Positions 19,712 to 28,590 of a DNA stretch of 64,000 bases are shown here, piece by piece. This DNA comes from a bacterium (GTDB lineage Bacteria > T1Sed10-126), in contig PWHN01000057.1 in the NCBI GenBank assembly GCA_003554945.1, forward strand, positions 380 to 64,379, written 5' to 3'. The translations under genes and the position numbers were made by a program. Every line of letters starts with the position of its first letter. Within the stretch, counting starts at the first letter, position 1. Below the pieces are notes generated by a model that did no database searches, was not told where the DNA came from, and saw nothing but the letters and a program-made list of their open reading frames with translations.

Positions 19712-20527
19712 ATGCGCACCCCTTTTAACTATTTTGCTCCCGAGACCTTATCCGATGCCCATGAGCTGCTTGAAAAACATGGAGAACGGGCCGAAATTCT
19801 GGCCGGGGGGACCGATTTACTGGTTGATATCCGCAATGACATGAAACAACCCGACGCTGTTATTGATATAAAAAACATTGAAGAACTCAACGGTGTGGAG
19901 TTTGATTCCGACGACGGACTAATAATAAATGCCGCCGCCACCTGCACCGAAGTTTCCAGCCACACTGTCGTCCGAGACCGGTATCCTTTCATAGTTGAGG
20001 CTACCTCGGAACTGGCCTCGCACCAGGTCCGCAACCGGGCGACCGTTGTTGGCAATATATGCAACGCCTCACCCTGCGCTGACGCCGCACGGCCTTTACT
20101 CTGTCTCGACGCCTCAGTTGAAATCAGTTCGCTACAAAACAAGCGAACGCTACCACTTGAGGAGTTCATCACCGGCGTAAAACAAAACGACCTCGCCCCT
20201 GGCGAGCTGGTCGAACGGGTGCGCGTCCCCGTTGAAATGGCTGACGCCCGCGGCGCCAACCGTAAACTTAAACGTATCAAGGGACATGACCTTTCTCTGG
20301 CCAGCGTTACAATGGTTAAAACAGATGCGGAAACACGAGTCTCAATTGGCGCCTGCGGTCCTACCCCGGTAGTGCTGACCGGTTTTGACGCCAGCACTGA
20401 CGTTGACGAGCTTTGCAGTGCAGCCGAAGAGGCTATTTCACCAATCGACGACGTTCGCTCTACCGCCGAATACCGAAACTTCATGATTAAACAGTATATC
20501 CGAGAACTCGACGAAGAGTTGAGCTAA
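19712..20527 (+). CDS. Molybdenum hydroxylase FAD-binding subunit (CoxM/XdhB-like). The start is chosen at MRTPFNYFAP because the SD AAGGTGA sits 8 nt upstream.
   Basis: The FAD-binding fold has ILAGGTDLLVDIRN. The medium-subunit size is typical (~270 aa). Confidence 0.75.
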   Translation: MRTPFNYFAPETLSDAHELLEKHGERAEILAGGTDLLVDIRNDMKQPDAVIDIKNIEELNGVEFDSDDGLIINAAATCTEVSSHTVVRDRYPFIVEATSELASHQVRNRATVVGNICNASPCADAARPLLCLDASVEISSLQNKRTLPLEEFITGVKQNDLAPGELVERVRVPVEMADARGANRKLKRIKGHDLSLASVTMVKTDAETRVSIGACGPTPVVLTGFDASTDVDELCSAAEEAISPIDDVRSTAEYRNFMIKQYIRELDEELS

Positions 20528-20561
20528 CTCGTAATTTTACAATTCTCCACGGGAGGTTATT

Positions 20562-21047
20562 ATGCAAATAAATTTAACCATCAACGGTAATGAATATAGC
20601 CGTGAGGTCGATGAACACAGAAATCTGCTTCACTTTCTCCGCGAAGACCTCGGGCTGACCGGCACAAAAGAAGGGTGTGGCGCCGGAGAATGTGGCGCCT
20701 GCACAGTAATTATGGACGGCGAGCCGGTAAATTCCTGTCTTGTCCTGGCCGCCGAAGCCGACGGCTCTGAAATTGAAACTATCGAAGGCGAAGCAAGTGA
20801 AGGTGAGTTATCTGACTTACAGCAGGCCCTGCACGAACATCACGCCGTGCAGTGCGGCTTCTGCACTCCCGGAATGATTATGTCTCTCAAAGACCTGCTC
20901 CGCCGTAACTCAACCCCCGGTGAAAATGAAATTAGACAGGCGATTGAAGGTAACCTCTGCCGCTGCACCGGTTACGAACAAATAATCGAAGCAGTCCTCG
21001 ATTTAACAGGCCAACTCGATGAAAGAGAGGAGTTAAAGTATGCGTGA
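20562..21047 (+). CDS. Molybdenum hydroxylase [2Fe-2S] small subunit (CoxS-like)
   Basis: The plant-type cluster GCGAGECGACTV and the second cluster CGFCTPG...CRCTGY are present. Confidence 0.85.
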   Translation: MQINLTINGNEYSREVDEHRNLLHFLREDLGLTGTKEGCGAGECGACTVIMDGEPVNSCLVLAAEADGSEIETIEGEASEGELSDLQQALHEHHAVQCGFCTPGMIMSLKDLLRRNSTPGENEIRQAIEGNLCRCTGYEQIIEAVLDLTGQLDEREELKYA

Positions 21048-23433
21048 AGACACTCCCCAGGAAGAACTTAACTACGTTGGTAAAGGAACTGAACGAGTTG
21101 ATACAACTGAAAAATTAACTGGAAAGGCCAAATACACCGGCGATTTGCGCATGCCCGGCATGCTCCACGCCGCCGTCAAACGCAGTCCTCATGCTCGCGC
21201 AAAAATTAATAACATCGACACCTCCGACGCTGAAGCCATCCCCGGTGTCCACGCCGTTGTAACCGGAAAAGAATTTGATTACAAACTCGGTCTCTACCTG
21301 GTCGATAAGGATGTTCTCGCCCGGGAACGTGTCCGCCACCACGGTGAGGCAGTTGCTGCCGTCGCCGCAGAATCTCCCGGTTTGGCCGAGCAAGCAGTGA
21401 AAAAAATTGACGTTGATTACGAAGTTGAAGAACCTGTTCTTGACGCCCTCGAAGCTATTGAGGATGACGACAAGCTTGTTCACCCCGAACTGGACGACTA
21501 CGATTACTTTGAGCCCGCCTTCTCCCCTCAACCCGGCACTAACGTCGCCAACCACACTAAGATCCGTAAAGGCGACGTAGAACAAGGTTTTGAAGAGGCT
21601 GACCACGTAATTGAACGGGAATACACTAATCCCAACGTCCAGCACGTACCGATGGAAACACACGTCGCCGTGGCAAGCTGGAAGGAACAGGATGAGCTTG
21701 ATGTCCATACATCATGTCAGTCCCCCTTCACCGTCCGCAATCTTCTCTGCGTCGCTTTTGACCTGCCCCATACAAATGTTCATGTAGAAGTTCCTTACGT
21801 TGGTGGCGGGTTTGGTGGTAAAGCGGGAATTGGTGTCGAACCTCTGGCCGCCTGTCTGTCTAAAAAAGCTAATGGCCGGCCGGTAAAACTGGAAGCCAGC
21901 CGCGAGGAAGAGTTCAGTCTACTTCCCTGCCGCAGCGGACTAACCTACCGGATTAAATCCGGTGTTACCGAAGACGGTGACCTCGTGGCCCAAAAAATGA
22001 CAATGTTCTGGGACTCCGGCGCTTACGCCGATTATGCCGTTAATGTCACACGGGCATCGGCTTACTCGGCTTCCGGCCCCTACGAAATTCCCAACGCCCA
22101 CGTCGATGCTTATACGATTTACACAAATAAACCCTACGGCACTGCTTACCGTGGTTTCGGACACGTTGAGTTCTCCTGGGGTCTTGAACGACACATGGAC
22201 TTACTTGCTGAAACTATTGATATGGATCCACTTGAATTTAGAAAACAAAACGCTCTCAAACCCGGTTCCATTACGATTACCGGCGAGAAGATAGTGGAAA
22301 ACACCGGCAATGTAACTAAGTGCATGGAAGTGGCCGCTGAGGCCATAAATTATGGCGAACTCACGCCTGAAGAAAAAAAGCGACAGGAAGAGACGGGAAT
22401 GAAGATCGCCAAATCCGTCTCCGCTCTGCACAAGGCGCCGGCTATGCCCTCCTTCACTGCAACCGCCGCCGAACTGCGCATGAACGAAGATGGCTCTATA
22501 AATGCCGATCTATCTCTAACGGAATACGGACAGGGAACTTACACCGCCCTCACCCAGATTATTGCTGAGGAACTGGGCTTCCCGCCGGAGCGTATCAACC
22601 TGAGCATTAAAGGGGATACGGACAAGGCGCCCTACGACTGGCAGACAGTCGCTTCCAAGGGCCTGCTGATGTCCGGTAACGCCTGCATTAAGGCTGCGCG
22701 CGATCTGCTTGAGAAGGCCTACCAGGACGCCTCTGAAGTCCTACGCGCCGACCCCTGTGACCTCGACCATAACGAAAACGAAATTTACATTAAACATCAC
22801 CCCGAAGAATCCGTAACTTTCTCAGAACTTGCTGTTGGGTATGCTTATCCAACCGGCGAAGGTATCGGCGGCCCGATTATCGGTGTCGGACGCTACATGG
22901 CCCAGGGGTTGACCAATCTTGATAAAGAGACCGGCCAGGGTGAGCCGGCCCTGGACTGGACTTACGGCTCCCACGGCGTTGTCGTTGAAGTCAACGAAAT
23001 AACCGGTGAGTTTAACATCCTTAAAGTCGCCTCCGCTTTTGACGTTGGAAAAGCTATTAACCCCGCCAATATCCGCGGCCAGGTGATCGGTGGACTGATC
23101 CAGGGGTTAGGAACAACCATCTGCGAAGGTTACGCTTACGACGACGAAGGACACCTGCTTAACCCCTCCTTTACCGACAACAAAATTCCCACTTCTATGG
23201 ACGTCCCCGAGGAAATTGAAGGTATAGTAATTGAAACGCCTCAAATAGACGGCCCCTACGGGGCTCGCGGCGTCGGCGAACACCCCATGATTGCTCTCTG
23301 CGGCGCTATCGGCAACGCAATTTACTACGCCGCCGGTGCCGACCTGACCCACATGCCCATTCGCTCCGAGGACGTCTGGTGGGCCCTGCATAAGGACGAG
23401 GACCGCGATCGACCAAGATATTCGATCTGCTGA
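21040..23433 (+). CDS. Molybdenum hydroxylase large (molybdopterin-binding) subunit of the xanthine dehydrogenase / aldehyde oxidase / CoxL family
   Basis: The protein is 797 aa and translationally coupled to the 2Fe-2S subunit. Motifs of the aldehyde oxidase/xanthine dehydrogenase a/b hammerhead and Mo-binding domains are present (GGGFGGK, Q.ESPF). Confidence 0.8.
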   Translation: MREDTPQEELNYVGKGTERVDTTEKLTGKAKYTGDLRMPGMLHAAVKRSPHARAKINNIDTSDAEAIPGVHAVVTGKEFDYKLGLYLVDKDVLARERVRHHGEAVAAVAAESPGLAEQAVKKIDVDYEVEEPVLDALEAIEDDDKLVHPELDDYDYFEPAFSPQPGTNVANHTKIRKGDVEQGFEEADHVIEREYTNPNVQHVPMETHVAVASWKEQDELDVHTSCQSPFTVRNLLCVAFDLPHTNVHVEVPYVGGGFGGKAGIGVEPLAACLSKKANGRPVKLEASREEEFSLLPCRSGLTYRIKSGVTEDGDLVAQKMTMFWDSGAYADYAVNVTRASAYSASGPYEIPNAHVDAYTIYTNKPYGTAYRGFGHVEFSWGLERHMDLLAETIDMDPLEFRKQNALKPGSITITGEKIVENTGNVTKCMEVAAEAINYGELTPEEKKRQEETGMKIAKSVSALHKAPAMPSFTATAAELRMNEDGSINADLSLTEYGQGTYTALTQIIAEELGFPPERINLSIKGDTDKAPYDWQTVASKGLLMSGNACIKAARDLLEKAYQDASEVLRADPCDLDHNENEIYIKHHPEESVTFSELAVGYAYPTGEGIGGPIIGVGRYMAQGLTNLDKETGQGEPALDWTYGSHGVVVEVNEITGEFNILKVASAFDVGKAINPANIRGQVIGGLIQGLGTTICEGYAYDDEGHLLNPSFTDNKIPTSMDVPEEIEGIVIETPQIDGPYGARGVGEHPMIALCGAIGNAIYYAAGADLTHMPIRSEDVWWALHKDEDRDRPRYSIC

Positions 23434-23533
23434 CGATTTCGTCTTAAATACTCGCAGCGACTTCTTACTCAAGGACACATCACCTCTGTGGGGACGTGTC
23501 TCTGCCCTCTTCGAAAACTCCTTCGATATTCTT

Positions 23534-24238
23534 TTGGATGATTACCTGGTAAATATCAACTCCGCTCGTCCCGCCCTACATCCGCTGGGAATACTGAGCC
23601 CCGCTTCACTTATTTCTGAAGTCCGCACTGACCAGACGGCTACACTTGAGCCCAACCAGCTTCAAATTGGGTCGCGACAATTCCAGCTTCAGACCCATTT
23701 CGAGCCACCACCTCCTCCTGCAGCAAATGAATTAAAAAATATTGATCTCTCCCCCCTGCGCAAATGTCTCAAAATCCAGGTTAATAAAAGCCGACACAGC
23801 TCTTGCCTCTTGACAAACGATTTTGACTCTCCGCCTGAAATTATTTCCCGCGCCGGACGCGCTTTAGTCGCACAGCTGAATGAAAAACAGGTTGATTTTA
23901 ACCGGCTGTTAAATTACTTTGGCGACGGTGAGGGACTTACCCCTTCTTTTGACGACATCTGCGCTGGAATGCTCTTCGTTGACCGACGGCTAAACTGCAG
24001 CAATGTTAAGCTGCCCGGCGACCTTTTCGAACGGCTAAAAAACAAAACTACCCTGACCAGCCGCTGGCAACTTGAGTTTGCTCGGCGGGGGAAGCTCAGT
24101 CTGGCTTTCGAACAGCTATTTAACCGGCTGATAGAGGGAAAAGTAGCAATTAAAGACTGCTTCTCAGCCTGTCGCTGCGGTCATACTTCGGGTGCAGACA
24201 TATTAACCGGAATTTATCTTTATTTTGAAAATTTCTAA
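23534..24238 (+). CDS. Hypothetical protein, possibly DUF2877-like (YlbF/AllH-type partner of FdrA and DUF1116). It starts with TTG in the track, and the start is uncertain.
   Basis: The protein is 234 aa with GDGEGLTPSFDD and GHTSGADILTG motifs. Its position directly after the Mo-hydroxylase and before fdrA/DUF1116 supports the call. The assignment rests mainly on context. Confidence 0.35.
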   Translation: MDDYLVNINSARPALHPLGILSPASLISEVRTDQTATLEPNQLQIGSRQFQLQTHFEPPPPPAANELKNIDLSPLRKCLKIQVNKSRHSSCLLTNDFDSPPEIISRAGRALVAQLNEKQVDFNRLLNYFGDGEGLTPSFDDICAGMLFVDRRLNCSNVKLPGDLFERLKNKTTLTSRWQLEFARRGKLSLAFEQLFNRLIEGKVAIKDCFSACRCGHTSGADILTGIYLYFENF

Positions 24239-24639
24239 CCACTCAACACTGTTCACCCAACATATAGTTAAATGCAAAGTTTGACCGTTTTATACCTTCC
24301 TGATCAACATAATCTGTGCCTCAAACTATGCATATAACTTAACCAACCGCGAGTTGCCTTCAAAACCACCTTTTTAACACCATATTACTCTCCCCTAACT
24401 ACGCCCACGTCCGTTCAACCCCTTTAACGCACTCTTTTTAGACAGCCTTTTCCCTGCACAAAGCCTGAAAAACCCAATTTTTCCTGGTTTTTACAAAATT
24501 GAATTGGTAACTGTTTAGCGCCTATCGTCATATTTCGTTTAGTTCGTCATTTCGACCCCAGAGCTGGAAAACACCAGCTTAAAGCTCAAAGCTAATTCAA
24601 ATCCATTAAGTGCTCATAATCTTGTTCTTTAACTTGAGT

Positions 24640-25060
24640 TTGGTTTTGGTCTTTCGCCTCTTCGCCCCGTCGCCCGCTCGCCTCTTCGAGCATTCCGGCC
24701 TCCGAGCCGGAATCCAGAGGCGTTGAGCTTTTGATTGTCATTCCTGCGGAAGCGGGAATCCAGCGGCGTTGAATTTGAATTAAGAAAAAGTCAATGTCAA
24801 AGTCACTGGATTGTCCGGTCAAGCCGGACAATGACGACCAATAGATCAAGCCCGTTCTTGAATTTGACGTCATTCCGGCCTCCGAGCCGGAATCCATCTT
24901 GAAGAGCAGTAATCGGTAATCGGTAATCAGTGTTCAGTGAAGTCAAAACCGATTACCGAATACCGAACACCGTTTACTGAACTTCTTGCAGGTCAAGTCC
25001 TGGGACGTTATTCGTTCCCGCAATGACGGCCGATAGAGCATACCCGTAACGGCGGCGGTG
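24640..25060. repeat. Copy A of a modular hairpin-rich miniature repeat family. It holds dRS3-like hairpins of the form ATTCC(G/C)GC-N6-8-GC(G/C)GGAAT at 24692..24713, 24740..24759 and 24871..24892. It holds a TTGTCCGG..CCGGACAA hairpin at about 24810..24830, a TCGGTAA heptamer array at about 24908..24960, and a TTATTCGTTCCCGCAATGAC module at about 25005.
   Basis: I read these directly from the sequence. The same modules recur at 26430..26600, 28805..29060, 33470..33710 (inverted) and 57610..57700. Track ORF 24592..24897 is an artefact of the repeat. Confidence 0.8.
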
Positions 25061-25154
25061 GCGCCAAATAAATACGCAAATTGCTATCAATCGAATAAAA
25101 ACAAATATTGTTCTGTTATATTCAATGAATAGATAAACGACCACACTAACTACA

Positions 25155-25283
25155 CCCCCTCAGAAAAAATTTCCTCCTTGAAGGGGGGAAAGACAAAGGG
25201 AGATGAAATATAGCCCTCGCACGCAAGGGAAAAGGCAACTTTTTAGAAAGTCTCTAACTACGTCAAAGTATTTTGACGTAGTT
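25155..25283. repeat. H3 module (CCCCCTT..GGGGAAAGACAAAGGG) at 25155..25200, followed by a perfect 12-bp-stem hairpin AACTACGTCAAA-GTAT-TTTGACGTAGTT at 25256..25283 that abuts the integrase start codon
   Basis: The inverted repeat is read directly. The H3 module also occurs at 26458..26505, 33528..33575 and 57617..57650. Confidence 0.75.
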
Positions 25284-26288
25284 ATGGATAAATTCCACGC
25301 TGATGGGTGGTCTATCATGCAAAAAACATTGGAGGTAAGTGGCGGCTCCATGCCGACGGCACATCTGCTGGCGGAGGATTTTCAACGCATGTTGACGGAA
25401 AACGACTACAGTCAGAGCACCTGCTCCACTTACCTCCGCTTCGTCGAACCCTTCCTCAAAGAAAATCCTCATCCCGCAGAAATGGACCGTTATGACGTCG
25501 GACGGTACATCCTCAAGTGGCGCAATCAGCTCAGCAATAACTCGATGAAACTGGCCACCAGCGCCCTGATTAAATTTTACAAATACCTTAAGTTTTACCA
25601 CGGTTTCCGACGGGCCGACGCAGTTATCGATCACATCCAGGATTTGAAGGGAGAATTTTTTCGCACCCCCTCTTTTCAACCGGACCCGATGAGCGAGGAT
25701 GAATTAAGTACCCTCTTCCAGTACACCCTGGGGGCAAATCCCCGTCAGGTTAGGCGCCGAAATATCATTACTATACTGCTGGGCACCGGTCTGCGCGTCT
25801 CCGAATTCTGTGCCGTGCGCCGCGATCAGGTTGCGATCCACGAACCCGGCGTCCAGTCACATATTTTTGTTCCCGGGGGAAAAACAGCTTCGGCCCGGCG
25901 CAAAATTCCTCTCCACCGCGACTTCCCCTACTCCAACTCCTGGATACTCGGCGAACGAGTCGTCGAAGCATTCGACAGCTATGAAAAAGTCCGACCCGTT
26001 CCTCGAACTGAGGAAACAGAAAATTTCTGGTTTATCTCCGAACGGGGCCAGCCCATCTCCAAACGTTCCGTCCAGGCAATGTTTACCCGTCTCTGTGAAA
26101 AATCAGGGCTGCAGAAAAAAAGGGCGGAAGCTGATGAAAACTCACTGTCGGTTCACAATCTACGTCACACTTTTGCCACTCAACTGGCCATGCAGGGAGC
26201 TAACGCCTACCAGATCAAGGCTATCCTCGGCCACGCTTCAGTCAGCACCTCCCAGGCCTACATCCGACTGCTCGATCGCGTCGGCTAA
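25284..26288 (+). CDS. Tyrosine recombinase/integrase. The start is ambiguous (25203, 25284, 25317 or 25350). The track's first 27 codons are encoded by repeat DNA and are probably not real.
   Basis: The catalytic motifs are present: box I GLRVSEFCAV, the K-box GGKTASAR, and HNLRHTFAT...LGHASVSTSQAYIR with the tyrosine. About 90 residues lie between the K-box and the HxLRH box, which is longer than in XerC/D. Confidence 0.8.
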   Translation: MDKFHADGWSIMQKTLEVSGGSMPTAHLLAEDFQRMLTENDYSQSTCSTYLRFVEPFLKENPHPAEMDRYDVGRYILKWRNQLSNNSMKLATSALIKFYKYLKFYHGFRRADAVIDHIQDLKGEFFRTPSFQPDPMSEDELSTLFQYTLGANPRQVRRRNIITILLGTGLRVSEFCAVRRDQVAIHEPGVQSHIFVPGGKTASARRKIPLHRDFPYSNSWILGERVVEAFDSYEKVRPVPRTEETENFWFISERGQPISKRSVQAMFTRLCEKSGLQKKRAEADENSLSVHNLRHTFATQLAMQGANAYQIKAILGHASVSTSQAYIRLLDRVG

Positions 26289-26429
26289 AAAACAGTCGTT
26301 ACTCACTCCAAATAGCTTACCTGACCGACCGGGGATAACTAACGCCGGTCCAACCCTACGTTTTTATTTAGTTTATCAGCAATTTTCGATACACTTGTAG
26401 AAATAAGAAACTCACTCAAAACCACTCAA

Positions 26430-26600
26430 CGTCACCCCGGACAGGTGACCCCGGAATCCCCCCTTTCTTTTTCCCCCCTTGAAGGGGGGAAAGACAAAGG
26501 GGGGTGAAGAAAATGGATTGCGGAGCGGGGTCCGCAATGACGAGCAATAGGTCACTATCTGAAAAGTTATTCGTTCCCGACAATGACAAAAACATTGGAA
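26430..26600. repeat. Partial copy of the modular repeat family. It holds a GTCACC..GGTGAC hairpin, an H3 module at 26458..26505, the H2 hairpin ATTGCGGAGCGGGGTCCGCAAT at 26517..26538, and a TTATTCGTTCCCGACAATGAC module.
   Basis: Read directly. Track ORF 26412..26615 on the minus strand lies entirely within the repeat and is probably spurious. Confidence 0.75.
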
Positions 26601-26635
26601 GATTTTAAACCCCACAACAGAGGAGTGTAAAAACT

Positions 26636-28162
26636 ATGGAAGTAATCACTAAAATCAAGCAGGACACCTATTACGACTCAGTGACACTGATGCTGGTCAG
26701 CAGCGAAATTGAAAAAATGGAAGCTGTTGAAGAAGCGATGATCGGCATGGGAACGGATTACAACATCGAGAGCCTTCAACGGCTGGATATGTTTGGCACA
26801 GAGCACGAGGACGCAACACCGAATGACCTGATTCTCACCGTAAAAGCAGCCGACGCCAAAGCGGGCGAAAAAGCTATTGAAACGGCAGAAGAAAAGCTGA
26901 AAGAAAAATCTCAATCCAGCGGTGGCGTAAGCGCCTACAACCCTCCGACCCAGGAGAGAGCCGCCGACATGCTCCCCGGGGCCAACATGGTCTTAATTTC
27001 TGTGCCGGGTGAGCACGCAGCCAAAGAGGCCCACGAAGCACTGGACAACGACCGGCACGTCATGCTGTTTTCGGACAACGTAAGCCTGGATGAAGAACTG
27101 GAACTGAAAGAAAAAGCGGTGAAAAAAGGACTGCTTATGATGGGGCCCGACTGCGGGACCTCAATTATCAACGGCGTGCCACTCGCCTTCGCCAACGCCG
27201 TTCGCGGGGGTAATATTGGACTGGTCGCCGCCTCGGGCACCGGCCTGCAGGAGACTACGAGCATAATTCATCAGCTTGGTGGCGGTATCAGTCAGGCTAT
27301 CGGTGTCGGCGGACGCGACCTCTCTGCCCAAATTGAAGGGCGAATGACGCTACTGGCCGCCAGGGCCCTCGATCGCGACGACAATACCGATGTTATCACC
27401 CTGATTTCTAAACCACCCGACGAGACAATCCTCGCACCTCTGCTAAAGGAGCTTAATTCACTCAGTAAACCGGTAGTCATTTATTTTATTGGTGCCGATC
27501 AGGCAAAAATTGAAGCGGAAGGATTCACCGCCGCCGGCGACCTGGAGAACGCTGCCGTACAATCCTGCCGGCTCGCTGGTGTTGATGCTGCCGACTCACT
27601 AATAAACCAGGCGGAAATTGAACAAAAAGCGGCCAAAATACAGCTTTCCGGTCCTTATCTACGTGGTCTCTATTCCGGCGGCACTCTCTGCGATGAAGCC
27701 CAGCGAATCCTCCACGATCGGCTGGATGAAATTTACTCGAACACACCCGTTGAAGGTTGTCACGAACTCGAAGACCTCTATCAAAGCAAAGCGCACACAA
27801 TCATCGACCTCGGCGAGGACGAGTTCACCCAGGGACGCGCTCACCCCATGATCGATCCTACACTGCGTAAAGAAAGAATTGTTCAAGAAATGCAAGACCC
27901 TGAAGTGGGGATAATACTGTTGGACGTCGTCCTCGGCTATGGCGCTCATCCGGACATGGCCGGTGCCCTCGTCGAAGCTATAGAAGAGGGTAAATCCGCC
28001 GCGGACAGTCCACCGCTGGTTGCCGCTTCTATCTGTGGAACCGACCAGGACCCGCAAAATTACGAACAGCAGAAAAATACCCTCGAAGAGGCTGGGGTTT
28101 ATGTTTTCCCATCTAACGTCTCCATGGTAAAATTTGCATATCAGTTGTTTGAAACGACATAA
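26636..28162 (+). CDS. fdrA: FdrA family protein (succinyl-CoA-synthetase-like fold), reported in E. coli as the AllF subunit of oxamate carbamoyltransferase
   Basis: The protein is 508 aa. Its N-terminus MEVITKIKQDTYYDSVTLMLVSSEI is characteristic of FdrA. CoA-binding and ligase-like glycine-rich segments are present (GPDCGTSIINGV, GLVAASGTGLQE). The SD is AGAGGAG. Confidence 0.7.
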   Translation: MEVITKIKQDTYYDSVTLMLVSSEIEKMEAVEEAMIGMGTDYNIESLQRLDMFGTEHEDATPNDLILTVKAADAKAGEKAIETAEEKLKEKSQSSGGVSAYNPPTQERAADMLPGANMVLISVPGEHAAKEAHEALDNDRHVMLFSDNVSLDEELELKEKAVKKGLLMMGPDCGTSIINGVPLAFANAVRGGNIGLVAASGTGLQETTSIIHQLGGGISQAIGVGGRDLSAQIEGRMTLLAARALDRDDNTDVITLISKPPDETILAPLLKELNSLSKPVVIYFIGADQAKIEAEGFTAAGDLENAAVQSCRLAGVDAADSLINQAEIEQKAAKIQLSGPYLRGLYSGGTLCDEAQRILHDRLDEIYSNTPVEGCHELEDLYQSKAHTIIDLGEDEFTQGRAHPMIDPTLRKERIVQEMQDPEVGIILLDVVLGYGAHPDMAGALVEAIEEGKSAADSPPLVAASICGTDQDPQNYEQQKNTLEEAGVYVFPSNVSMVKFAYQLFETT

Positions 28163-28278
28163 CTAAACGCAAAAACGCCAAGAAATCGATTTGGAGGATG
28201 ACATCAAAAACTATAACAACTTTAAGATCAAGAGCGAAAAACACTAAGTCGCAAAGACGCTAAGGAAGACAATTAATT

Positions 28279-28521
28279 ATGGACGAGAATTATTTGAGTA
28301 ATCAAATAATCAATGCTGCTATTGAGGTTCATCAATGGCTCGGTGGACCTGGTTTGTTGGAGTCTGTGTACGAAAAATCTTTAGCAAAAGAGTTACGGGA
28401 TCGTAACTTTAAAATTCAACAACAAGTCAGCTTCCCTATTGAATATAAAGAGGAAGAACTTAATGAAAAATTCAGATAAGAAGGTATCCATCGAGTGGTT
28501 AACAATTTGTAATTAAAAACT
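28279..28521 (+). pseudogene. Degraded GxxExxY-family gene (PD-(D/E)XK-like, often transposon-associated). The N-terminal 66 codons are followed by a stop and then by the family's C-terminal EGIHRVVNNL in frame. About 50-60 internal codons are deleted.
   Basis: The N-terminal part is NAAIEVHQWLGGPGLLESVYEKSLAKELRDRNFKIQQQVSFPIEYKEEEL..FR. After the TAA the frame continues EGIHRVVNNL-stop, which matches the family C-terminus G(I/L)xRxVNN. The local region is AT-rich. Confidence 0.6.
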
Positions 28522-28590
28522 TTGCGGCTTTGCGCCTTCGCGTTTTTGCTTTTTTTCACTATGTCATTAACCTATAACAGGGTGATTTTT

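Noticed and set aside
24692-24759. Identity of the ATTCCC-N8-GGGAAT hairpins with Neisseria dRS3 elements.
   Set aside because: The match is only to the generic dRS3 pattern. All surrounding gene content and the other repeat modules are unrelated to Neisseria. I treat it as a convergent small palindromic repeat, not evidence of taxonomic origin or transfer.
24592-24897. Track ORF (101 aa, minus strand) inside repeat copy A. Likewise 26412..26615, 57495..57771, and 63384..63569 / 63416..63757.
   Set aside because: These ORFs lie entirely within hairpin-repeat or MITE DNA. They have low-complexity repeat-derived translations and no SD/start context. They are treated as artefacts of repeats.
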